A stretch of 64,000 bases of DNA, taken from NCBI GenBank assembly GCA_951406725.2, contig OX597819.1, positions 72,726,001-72,790,000 of the forward strand. Direction: 5' to 3'. Every line of letters begins with the position of its first letter. The first letter of the stretch is position 1. Position numbers and translations under genes: made by a program. Positions 15,676 to 27,421 of this stretch are shown in pieces. The DNA comes from Octopus vulgaris. Taxonomy: Eukaryota. The notes beneath the pieces were generated by a model, which was given only the letters and a program-made list of their open reading frames with translations, did no database searches and had not been told where the DNA came from.

Positions 15676-17148
15676 GGAGCACAATTGAAGACATAATCTA
15701 GACATAAAATCTTATAAAGATGTGTGAGTGCTAAACTTTGAAATGAGATGGAAGACAAGCTTTTATAATTAGAACAGATATTCCTATTATTATTATTATT
15801 ATTGTCTGCTGTTATGTTCTGAGTTCAAATTCCGCCAAGGTCGACTTTGCCTTTCATCCTTTCAGGGTCAATAAATTAAGTACCAGTTGCATACTGGGGT
15901 CGATCTAATCGACTGGTCCCTCCCCAAAAATTTCAGGCCTTGTGCCTAGAGTAGAAAACATTATTATTATTATTAAAACAAGATTATTTCCATCATGAGT
16001 AAGACATATTGACTGATAAACAAGTATTATAAATCATGTATGATATATTTTCTTTTATTCATTTACTACATTCAGTCATTGGATTGTGGCCATGCAGGGA
16101 CACCACCTTCATTGGTTTGATTATATTGACCCTAGTAAATATAAGTTATGAGACATATAAGCAACAGTTTTAAGCAGTGGTGGTGGTGGTCATCACGATG
16201 ATGATGATTTCCTTCTACTTCAATGTATGAAAGTCCAGTTATTCAATCAACTGCATTGAATTAGCAATGGGAACTGGTTGAGTATTCCACAGAAATATGT
16301 ATCCTTAATGAAGTAAAATCAATGTGATACTAAGCAGTAAGGTTGGATATTTGAATTCCAGGCATGACCCATTCAACAGAATCCACACAGTTCCCATATA
16401 CTGAAAGTCACTCACAACTCACAAGACCGAAACATGATGCTATGCTAAAGGCACTTGCTCAAGATGTCACACAGCAGGATTGAACTCAGAGCCTTAACAT
16501 CCATATAAGGGGTTCAAAAACGCCTCTTTATTCAAAAACTACACACATTCTCACAGATAATAGAACCCTAAACCAACCTTTATGATTGCATGTAGAAAGA
16601 TGCATTCACATATCAGGGTTTTTATTCAGTCCTGTGTATTTGTGGTTAACTGTTTGTGCCTATACTGTTCTCTTATATTACAGATCTGTACATACCTATA
16701 TAAACACACATACACACACACACACACATACATATATGTGTGTATATATATGCATGGTAACAGTGAGTGCATACATTTTCACATATCTGCCTGCAATGGT
16801 ATACATACACTTAGCAGGGTGTGTACTTAAGAACATGTAGTACTTCTCCATAACCATGCATGTTCGTGTACAGATGCATGGTATATGGTTGTATATGCAG
16901 GGAATGTATACAGGCTTCCATATGTATATATGCAATCCTCGTTGTCATCATCATTTAGCAGCCATTTTCCATGCTGGCAAGGGTCGGAGTGTGTCACAGG
17001 AGCTGTACTGGGTTCCATTGTTTGTCTTGGTGAGGTTTCTATGGCTGGATGCTTTTTATGTGGCACCATCACAGATGAGCTTGAAATGCTTGCATACTGT
17101 ACATATGCTTTATGTACATGCATATATATATATATATATATATATAAT

Positions 17149-19705
17149 AACGTGGTGGTGGAACAATGCTTTAGACAGGGCTATTAGAGAAAAGAGACAG
17201 GCTTGGAAGGACTGGAAAAATGGTGGTAGCAGGGAATTATATCAGACTGCCAAAAGAGAAGCTAGGAGATAGATCTATTTAGCCAGAGGGGAAGCAGATA
17301 AGAAAAAATTTGCCAATGTTCTGCGCCGTGATGACCAAAGACTTGAGGTATTTCATGTTGCAAGACAGTCTGTGAGAGAAAATCGTGATGTGGTAGGAGA
17401 GAAATGTGTCCACATGGATGATGGTTCACTTGCACTAAATGATGATGCAAAGAGAGGGGTTTGGAGACGCCACTATGAAAGGTTGCTGAATAAAGAAAAT
17501 GGATGGGATAAAGAGAGTCTGCCGAATGTCGACCCAATAGAGGGACCAGCTATCCGAGTTGACAGTTCCTTAGTAGCTAAGGCAATTAGAAGAATGAAGA
17601 CAGGGAAAGCCCCAGGCCCATCAGGAATTGCTGCAGAAATCCTCAAAATATCTGGTAGTGTTGGCTATAGCCTAGTCACCAGTATAGTTAATCAGGTGAT
17701 ACACAAAGGAGTCATACCCAATGACTGGTGTAGCAGCATAATAGTCAACTGCTAGAAAGGTAAAGGTGACGCCCTAGATACAAATAATTACAGAGGTATC
17801 AAGCTGTTGGATCAGGTAATGAAGGTTACAGAGAGGGTCATAGCCCAACTAATTAGAGAGTTCGTTTAGATGAGATGCAGTTTGGGTTCGTGCCAGGGAA
17901 AAGTACCACTGATGCTATATTCCTGGTAAGGCAGCTGCAGGAGAAATACCTAGCCAAAGATAAGCCCCTGTACCTGGCTTTCATTGACATGGAGAAAGCC
18001 TTTGACAGGGTCCCCCGATCCCTTATCTGGTGGTCAATGAGGAAACTAGGGATAGATGAATGGTTAGTGAGAGCTGTGCGAGTCATGTACAGGGATGCTG
18101 CTAGTAAGGTGAGGGTTGGCAATGAGTACAGTGAAGAATTCAGAGTAGAGGTAGGGGTCCACCAAGGTTCAGTCCTCAGCCCCTCCTATTTATCATAGTC
18201 TTCTAGGCAATAACGGAAGAATTCAAGATAGGATGCCTCTGGGAGCTCCTCTATGCTGGTGACCTTGCTCTAATTGCTGAGTCACTATCAGAACTGGTGG
18301 AGAAGTTTCGGGTGTGGAAGCAAGGATTAGAATCAAAGGGCCTTAGAGTCAACCTAGCTAAAACCAAAGTCCTAATAAGTAGGAAAGTAGACAAATCACA
18401 AATGCCTTCAGGTAGATGGCCCTGCTCGATCTGTAGAAAAGGTGTAGGTAGAAACTCTACAAGATGCACCAAGTGTAAGCTATGGACACGTAAGAGGTGC
18501 AGTAATGTCAAAGGAAGGCTAACTAGGAAGATAGTTTTTGTATGTGGCAGATGCTCAGGAGCAATAAACACCGAAAATGCGCAGAGACCAACTTCCACCA
18601 CATCCCAGGGAGAAAAACTAGAAGTAGTTGATAGCTTCCGTTACCTAGGTGACCAAGTCAGTAGTGGGGGGAGGTGCTGAAAGTGTAACCGCTAGAGTAA
18701 GAATAGCTTGGGCAAAGTTCAGAAAGCTCTTACCTCTGCTGGAGACAAAAGGCCTCTCACTCAGAGTAAAAGGCAGACTGTATGACTCATGTGTACGAAC
18801 AGCCATGCTACATGGCAGTGAAACATGGGCCGTGACTGCTGAGGATATGCGTAAGCTCGCAAGAAATGAAGCCAGTATGCTCCGATGGATGTGTAATGTC
18901 AGTGTTCACACTCGACAGAGTGTAAGTACCTTGAGAGAAAAGTTGGACCTAAGAAGCATCAGTTGTGGTGTGCAAGCAAGACGTTTGCGCTAGTATGGTC
19001 ATGTGGCGAGAATGGATGAAGATAGCTGTGTGAAAAAGTGCCACACCCTAGCGGTTGAGGGAACCTGTGGAAGAGGCAGACTCAGGAAAACCTGGACGAG
19101 GTGGTGAAGCACGACCTTCGAACTTTAGGTCTCACCGAGGAAATGACTAGAGACCAAGACCTTTGGAAGTATGCTATGCATGTGAAGACCTGGCAGGATA
19201 AGTGAGGCCATAACCTGTGGCCTCTACCTGGGATGTAGCCAGTCCACTTATGCATACCATTCCTCCTTGGGACACAAAACTCCACTTGTGAAGACCTGTT
19301 GAGGCAAGTGAAAATCTAATCAAATCAAAATCAAAATTGAAATCAATCAACATCAATGGAAATTGTAGCTGTGATACCAGTGTCGGTGGTATGTAAAAGA
19401 ACCATCCGAACGTGGCCGTTGCCAGCGCCGCCCTGACTGGCCTCTGTGCTGGTGGCACATAAAAAGCACCATCCGATCATGGCCGTTTGCCAGCCTCATC
19501 TGGCACCTGTGCTGGTTCGCACGTAAAAAGCACCCACTACACTCATGGAGTGGTTGGTGTTAGGAAGGGCATCCAGCTGTAGAAACTTTGCCAGATCAGA
19601 CTGGGCCTGGTGCAGCCTTCTGGTGCTTCCCAGACCCCAGTCGAACCATCCTACCCGTGCTAGCATGGAAAACGGATGTTAAACGATGATGATGATGATG
19701 ATGAT
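17149..19705 (+). mobile_element. 5'-truncated RTE-clade LINE (RT, PHD-type finger, C-terminus, 3' UTR, (GAT)n tail), inactivated
   Basis: TWWWN, MKTGKAPGPSG, NYRGIKLL, QFGFVPGKSTTDAIF, AFIDMEKAFDRVPR, GVHQGSVLSP, LYAGDL (YADD mutated, 18252-18263), FRYLGD, MLHGSETW. Stop codons at 17270, 17753 and 18991 plus frameshifts. (TA)n on both sides. Confidence 0.95.
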
Positions 19706-20712
19706 ATATATATATATATATATATATTCAAGTACATATCTACACACACACACACAGCATTTATGTGTATGTGTGCACACATGCATACAAAATACAATAT
19801 ATACATTCATGTACAGCATTTGCACGCATGTATGCATCCACACATGCTCCGATTAATTCCCTTCGTTTAATTAGGTAAAGTTGTTATTAACAAATTTAAT
19901 AATACGTCTCACACACCTATATTGTTTCCTCAGTAAATCTTAGTTGTGTCACATCCCAAGCTGTTCAATATTAATGTTGACTCCCTAGTTTTGGCTCTCT
20001 GCATTTCCTTGAATAGCTTATGATGCATTGGTTTACTATCATACCGAATTTAGGGAGATATTACTAACCTTACCTCATAGCATTTCTAACATCTTTAAAT
20101 GTGAGAAACGATAATTATGTAACTCCTGTTTTATGCAAATTTTTTCTATCCTTCCTTTGATAGATATCAAAGTATTTTTATTTTAGGTTTAATTTTTCAA
20201 TAATTACTGAGACTTACATTTATATTTCGAGACATATTTCTGATTTATATTTTAAGTGTTATTGCTTTCTTTGATGTATCTTTCACTTGATGTCTTTTTT
20301 GCAGCTTGATTTATATAAAAAAAAAATTTTTTAATGATGTTTTGTATGTGTGTGTTTTTGTTTCTCATTTGAATACGCTGAATCGGAAATTTGATAACGA
20401 GGTTACAACTTATATCATTCCCAAGGGAGACCGGTTAAAGTTGAATGGGTGACATCAACTGTAATAACAAATATTCAAACACACTCATAAGCACAATGGA
20501 ATGAATATAGTCTGATATAGTTGTTTGCATGAAGCATATTTTATGAAAACAGAATGAAATATAACAAAAAAAAAAAAAAATCCTGATATATAATATATTA
20601 ATGCTTCATATAAGGCAAGTAGAGTTAAGTTTCTAACACAAGATGCATGGAACCAGATACATTTTTGCTAACATTGAAAACCAAAATTAAAATACAAAAA
20701 AATAAATTAGCT

Positions 20713-21012
20713 GATTATTTACATTTGATGGTTATTTGTTATCTTGTTTGTTGTTAACACAATGTTTCGGCTGTATACCCTCCAGCCTTCATCAGGTATC
20801 TTGGGGAAATTTCGAACGTGGGTTCTCATTCCTAAGGTATTTTTTGATGTTGTTGTTGTTATTATTATTCAGGTCACTGCCTAGAATCGAACTTGGAATC
20901 TTGGGGATAGTAACCCGCACTCTTAACCCCTACGCCATATACCCGTGGGCAAGATGAGGACAAATATCTGTCATAATGTACATAAATCCTCATCTCTTAA
21001 ATATAGAACTGT
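20713..21012 (-). mobile_element. tRNA-headed short element with a Penelope-type minimal hammerhead and an inverted copy of its own 3' end
   Basis: A box TGGCGTAGGGG (20937-20927), B box AGTTCGATTC (20893-20884), hammerhead at 20800-20756, inverted tail copy at 20950-21012. Flanked by ATAAATTAGCT / ATAAATTAACT. Confidence 0.75.
20756..20800 (-). ncRNA. Minimal type-I hammerhead ribozyme motif (CpG-decayed)
   Basis: GATAC-CTGATGA-A-GGCTG(gagggtata)CAGCC-GAAA-CA-TT-GTGTT. The conserved core, a 5-bp stem II and a stem I (GATAC/GTGTT, with wobbles) are present. The ancestral stem III is inferred to be the palindrome AACGTT. Confidence 0.7.
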
Positions 21013-21909
21013 ATAAATTAACTAAGTTGCTATTTCTTTTATTTAAAACAAAAAAGAAATTATCCATTCTGTATCAACGGAATGCCTGAACTCATTAGCA
21101 TTCTGATTACTCTGATAATGTAATGCTTATTTATTCACATTGTTTCGAATGAATCATGCATTATCTCATAGCATTGAGATTTCGATGATGCGATTGTTTA
21201 TTTTTAAAATGACATCGTAGAGTAAGAGTGAAAGGCTGGATCTGGCTAGTTTTAACATAAAACAGATAAAATAGTTGGATACTTGAGTGTTTGGGCAACT
21301 AATAATCTCCACAACAACCTATCTAAGGACTTGCAGCACAATGGTATAAGTTATGCCTCAATCCATATATAGTCTACGATTTACAATTGAAATTATAATG
21401 GAGCAGATTTAAAGGAAACACCTAATACAGGATTAAGTGAAGGGGTGTGGCCTAGTAGTTACAGTGTTGACCATAAGATCATGGTTTTGATTCAGACAAG
21501 TAGTGCTTTGTGTTCTTGAGCAAAACTTTTCATCTCATATTGCTCTAGCTCACTCAACAGTTAATGAGTCCTGCAGCAATAAAGTGATGTCTCATTCATG
21601 GGAAATACTGTGATTTTGGTTACTCTCATGCCATGAAAACTGGGCCACTGCCCTATTGAGTTCTAGGATTTGAGACAGTATTTATCCAGGTGCTGATGAT
21701 GAACAAAGAAATACCACAATGGACAAAATACACCATAGTGTTTTGTTTCTTTTGCTTTGAATCTGAGTTCAAATTCCACCAGTGATAAATATGTCTGTCT
21801 ATCACTCTTTCAATAATGATAAAAAGACCAGAGTCAGTATATGCCCCCAACTTTTTTTTTGTTTCAAAAAGTATCACTTGTGATTACAAAAATAAAATCA
21901 AAAACTTCA

Positions 21910-22478
21910 GACTTCTTTCAGTTTCCACCTACCAAATCTATTCACAAGGTTTTGGTCAGCCCAAGGTTATAATAAAAGACACTTGTCCAAGGTGGCATGC
22001 TGTGGAACTGAACTCAGAACCATGTCGTTGGGAAGCAAATTTCATACCACACAGCCATGCCAGCTGACTTTAAAAACAAAATAATACAATTTATTAATCA
22101 GGTGCAGGTGTGGCTGTGTGGTAAGAAGCTTGCTTCTCAACCACATGGTTCCAGGTTCAGTCCCACTGCATGGCACCTTGAGCAAGTGTCTTCTACTATA
22201 GCCTCAGGTCAACCAAAGCCTTGTGAGTGGATTTGGTAGACGGAAACTGAAAGAAGCTGGTCGTGTGTGTGTTTTGTCACCACCACCCCATCACCACTTG
22301 ACAACCGGTGTTGGTGTATTTATGTCCACATAACTTAGTGCTTCAGCAAAAAAGACTGATAGAATAAGTACTGGGCTTTAACAAGTAAGTCCTGAGGTTG
22401 ATTTGTTAGAATAAAACTCTATAAGGTGGTGCTCCAGCATGACCACAGTCAAATGACTTAAACAAGTAAATGAATAAA
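21910..22478. mobile_element. Divergent pair of family B (CORE-type) tRNA SINEs: about 21910-22062 (-) and 22101-22478 (+)
   Basis: Head GGTGCAGGTGTGGCTGTGTGGTAAG..GGTTCAGTCCCACTG..CACCTTGAGCAAGT; tail AAATGACTTAAACAAGTAAA. Confidence 0.8.
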
Positions 22479-23599
22479 AAAAATAATGGTTTCAAATTTT
22501 GGCACAAGGTCAGCAATTTTGGGAGAAGTGGAGGTTGGTCAATAACGTTGCATCTAGTCTTGACTGGTATTTTAGTTTATTGACTCTGGAAGTTGACCTT
22601 GGTGAGATTTGAAACCAGAACACAAGGACACAGAAGAAATATTTTGTCCAGTAATCTAATGGTTCTGCCAATGCACAATCAACAATAATAATGCAGATAA
22701 AGAAACAGAAGATGACGACGACAACAGCAATGAAAGATGGTGGTTATGAGTTTGTAGTCTCATGGATAGAAATTATGATTCACCATTTCCAGAGATAAAA
22801 CATGAGAAGCTGTTATGATTTTAAAACCTGAGAAAGTAGTCAAACAAGTCTAAAAAAAACCAAAAATCTGTACTGCTAACTTAAGTAAAATGCAAATCAA
22901 CATTAGATTTATGACTTTGTCATCTACTTTACCATACTTGAAAAGGTCAAACGGGTTAGTCTGGCAAGACTACCTCAATTTTATGCCATCACAACAGCAG
23001 ACGCAGTGCCAAACTTTCTTTTTCAAAGATAACAAAACCACTTGTTACAATACCTCACATCTGACCATGCTGACAAATTAACATGCTTACTACATCATAT
23101 TTATTCACTGAAGTCTCAACAACTATCATCATCATCATCATTTAATGTCCACTCTTCCATGTTTGCATGGGTCAGACTGAATTTATTGAGGCAGATTTTT
23201 CTATGTCTGGACACACTTCCTCTGACCAATTTCTCCGTAAAAGCAAACATTGCTTCTATGATGGGCGATGCTCATTTACGACCATCACCAGGATGTTAAG
23301 ACACACACATTTATTCAAGCTACTGTACAATGGGACTGAACCAGAGACCTAATGGTTGAGAACCAAGCCTGTCAACCACACAGCAATGCCTGCCCCTATC
23401 ACTAAACCAGTTTGCTTTTTATACATAAGATAGCAACAGAGGCTTGGCTGTATGGTAAGAAGCTTTCCCCCCTACCACATGGCTCCAAATTCACTCTCAC
23501 TGCATGGCACCTTCAGCAAGTGTCTCTACTATAGCCTTGGGTTGGCCAAAACCTCTTGAGTGAATTTGGTGGGCGGAAACTGAAAGAAGCCTATCATGT

Positions 23600-24009
23600 C
23601 AGGAGTGGCTGTGTGGTAAGTAGCTTGCTAACCAACCACATGGTTCCGGGTTCAGTCCCACTGCGTGGCATCTTGGGCAAGTGTCTTCTGCTATAGCCCC
23701 GGGCCGACCAATGCCTTGTGAGTGGATTTGGTAGACGGAAACTGAAAGAAGCCTGTCGTATATATGTATATATATATATGTATATGTGTGTGTATTTGTG
23801 TGTCTGTGTTTGTCCTCCTAGCATTGCTTGACAACCGATGCTGGTGTGTTTACGTCCCCGTCACTTAGCGGTTCGGCAAAAGGGACCGATAGAATAAGTA
23901 CTGGGCTTACAAAGAATAAGTCCTGGGGTCGATTTGTTCGATTAAAGGCAGTGCTCCAGCATGGCCGCAGTCAAATGACTGAAACAAGTAAACGAGTAAA
24001 CGAGAAACG
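23600..24009 (+). mobile_element. Young family B SINE inserted into an older family B copy (about 23437-24240)
   Basis: CpG-retaining full copy with a (TAAACGAG)n-like tail. The flanks continue an older copy of the same family. Confidence 0.85.
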
Positions 24010-24457
24010 AGTATGTGTGTTTGCCCCCCCCACACACCACCACCACCACCACCAATTAACAACTGGTATTGGTGTGTTTACGTCTCCATAACTATACAGT
24101 TCAGCAAAAGGGATCAAAAGAATAAGTATCAGACTTTAAAAAAAAGTAAAAGTAATGGGTTTGATTCATTTAAGTAAAAATTCTTCGAGATGGTACTCCA
24201 GCATGGCTGCAGTCTAATGACTGAAACAATTAAAAGATGAAAGAAGTTAACTAGATACTTCCTCATTACCAAGTGTTCCATTGGCTTAACGGATCTTCTG
24301 TCTTCTACAGCATGCCTTACGCTTGTTCTTGACTCAATATCAAGATTCACTGATTGGTAGAAAAAACTCTTTGAGTGTCTGACAATGTTTGTGCCACTCA
24401 ACTGTAGAAATACTTTCAGGCCAAGAATCTTTGATTACAACCAAAGCATAGAAAATT

Positions 24458-24644
24458 CTTTTATTTGCTTCAGTCATTTGACTGCAGCCATACAGGAGCA
24501 CCACCTTTAGTCAAGTAAATCAACCCCAAGACTTACTCCTTGTGAGCCTAGTACTTATTTTATCAGTCTCTTTTGCCAAATCGCTAAGTTACGGGGATGT
24601 AAACACACCAGCATTGGTTATCAAGAGATGTTGGGGGGACAAAC

Positions 24645-24675
<31 letters not shown>

Positions 24676-24792
24676 CGATGGACTTCTCTCAGTTTCTGTC
24701 TACTAAATCCACTCACAAGGTTTTAGTCGGCCCAAAGCTATAGAAGACACTGAACCTGAAACCATGTGATTGGTAAGCTAGCTACCTACCAC
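24458..24792 (-). mobile_element. Family B SINE, antisense
   Basis: Reverse complement of 23600-24000 with an internal deletion. Confidence 0.8.
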
Positions 24793-24964
24793 GATTCTCA
24801 GAAGAGTAAATAAATTTTACAATAATAAGTATTTTGTTTTGAATGATGCTCATTTGAACAAAGGTGACTTTACATAATATAAGGATCTTAATAAGGAGAA
24901 TGAAGAGAAAATAAGGGAAGATTTATGTATATTTAAAGATTGAATACTATATAATGCACCAAAT

Positions 24965-25119
24965 AGGTGCAGGTGTGGGTGTGTGGTTAAGAAGTTTACT
25001 TCTGAACCACATGGGTTTCAGGTTCAGTCTTGTTGCAAGGCACCTGAGTCACTGTCTTCCACTACAGCTGATCAAGGCAATGTGTAAGGATATGCAAGAT
25101 GGAAATTGAAAGAAACCAG

Positions 25120-25161
<42 letters not shown>

Positions 25162-26163
25162 ATGTGTTACTGTTTCTTTGTCTTGATAGTTGTGGATGAG
25201 TGCCACCATCATATAGTGTCATTTGTTTGTAATATCTCTGAACAAGGCATAAACAGTAACTGCATAACAATGTGAAGTATATTTGCCATCTAAATATGGC
25301 TAACCACTAAGGTTGTATGTTACTGTAGCTTGTAGCCTCAGGAGAACATGTTCTCCAGCTGGCTATTGACACACTTTCTGTGCCCTATCGGTATTTGCAA
25401 AGGGAAGCCATCCTTCCCATCATCGACCTACGTGATATGCACGGATCCAGGTTTCTGGGTATTTACCCGTCATCAGTGCATGACAATCACTGGTTTTCAA
25501 TGTGAAGGGGTCCCAATGCAAATACATATATCCTTTTTCCAGTGACTTTTTGGCACTGATCTCATGCTTGTTTACACTTTTTCGAGATCAGTGATAAAAA
25601 GTCACTGGAAAAAGGATATTTGTATTTGCATTGGGACCCCTTCACATCGAAGACCGGTGATTGCCGTGCGCTTATGAAGGGTAAATACCCAGAAACCCGG
25701 GTCTGTGCGTATCATGTAGGTTGATGATGGGAAGGATGGCTTCCCTTTGCAAATACCGATAGGGCACAGAAAGTGTGTCAATAGCCAGCTGGAGAAGATG
25801 TTCTCCTGGGGCTACAAGCTACAGTAACATCCACCCTTAGTGGTTAACCATATTTAGATGGCAAATATACTTCACAGAGAAATATAGTCTTATTCAGAAA
25901 CAGAAGTGAGGGTTGGTGACAGGGAGGGCACACAACAGTTGAAAATCTAACTCAACAATTACAGTTGCGAGCTGATCTAGGTGTATACATACCATTTGTC
26001 AACAAACGGGATATATTCTCCATAACAAAATGCAGTGAGTAGCTTGGTCACCGGTTCAAACAAGTTTCGAGCATATTCAAACTCCTAATAACATTACAAT
26101 CTAACTCAACAAGTTTTGCCCAACCCATGCTAGCACAGAAAAGTGGATGTTAAATGATGATGA
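24965..26163 (+). mobile_element. SINE with a CORE-type head and RTE-type tail (family E), carrying two secondary inserts
   Basis: B-like head at 24965, (TG)n, body homologous to 32446-32680 and 61570-61915, tail GGATGTTAAATGATGATGA. Interrupted at about 25271-25876 and 25959-26097. Confidence 0.7.
25271..25876. repeat. Foldback palindrome (probable MITE): about 293-bp arms and a 20-nt loop
   Basis: 25271-25563 is the reverse complement of 25584-25876. Many of the mismatches are CpG to TpG/CpA changes. Confidence 0.95.
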
Positions 26164-27421
26164 GTGGAGGGGACTTACAGATGTGGTCCTTAATGGGACC
26201 AAAACTAGTCAACAAAGCAACAGAAAGAGATGATAAAATAATTAGCACCGAATCATTAGATTTAAATTGCATTCAATTTAAAAGTTTCCAAGCAGTTAAT
26301 AAGTTTATACTCTTAACAGAATGAGAAAACTGAAAGTGGAACAAATAAATTAGATTTTAAAAAAGGGGGGGAAAAATTAAACCCATTCTGAATGTGATGC
26401 TGTAGTAAATTAGATACGAAACATTATCAGAATACAAACAAACCAAAAAGTTAGAGAGATCTGGTGCTTATTCACTGATTGATAGGCTAAAGAAAGACAG
26501 CATATTAACTACTATGTAACTACAAGATGCTGCTTAATGAACCATGCATTAATTAGATACAGATGACTGGCTTGTCCATGTGAAGTGTATAGAAAAGCAA
26601 CATCAGTTAACAACGCATTAACAAAAATAAAAAAATATATCTGAAATTCTTAGAGATGGTGAAGGTTGACTTAAAGAAGCTTTAAACAGGAAGAGAAAAT
26701 AGCCAAAGGCTGTACTTGTGTAAAACATTAGCTGAGTCAATCCATCTAATGTGTCAGGAAAGAAAAACGGTAAAAAATGATGATGATGATATAATTAAAT
26801 TGATACTTTTAAAAATGAATTTTATGAAATATAGCGAAAGTGTTGTTGTCTCCTGCTTCATTGTCACCATCACCAAACAAGGAGCATCACAGCTAGAAAT
26901 GACAACCAAATCTATCTCAAAGTATACCTTTCTGTCTTTAAAAAACCAAAATCAGGAAACACTAAACAATACAGACACAATTATACAAACAGACAGGATG
27001 GTCATGATCAGAACATCTTTGATCAAAGGTTTATCAAGAGAGACCTTGGGTTAAATAACAATTAAAAAAGCCTCAATAATCCACTCGCTGCATGATGTAG
27101 AGACCCCTGCCATATTTGTCTTCATTTATTCAGGCCCAATCACCCTAATTAGTTTCAAGATGTGCATTTAGAGTGTGAGTGTTATTTCTTCTCTTTTTCC
27201 CTATTTCTTGGTTCTGGAGCATCAATGGCTGGTCTTCACTTCTAAACATAAATATAAAGTTACTATCACGTTCTGTATTACACAGGTGATTGTCTAAATT
27301 AACAAGAATAAACATCTCTGATATAAGCCTGCCACTTTATATATTCGGCTTATATTCTTTAAATGCCTTCTCTCCCTCCACCTCATTATCAAAATTTTAA
27401 CATTCAGTATTCCATATAATC

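Noticed and set aside
20872-20949. Functional tRNA gene (also the tRNA-like heads of the other SINEs)
   Set aside because: A and B boxes are present but there is no complete acceptor stem, and the sequence continues into a repeat body.
24270-24401. Possible 132-nt minus-strand exon (TTTCTACAG| ... TTG|GTAATG)
   Set aside because: It is open in phase 0, but the phase-1 reading needed to join the 2707 exon hits a stop. No recognisable homology.
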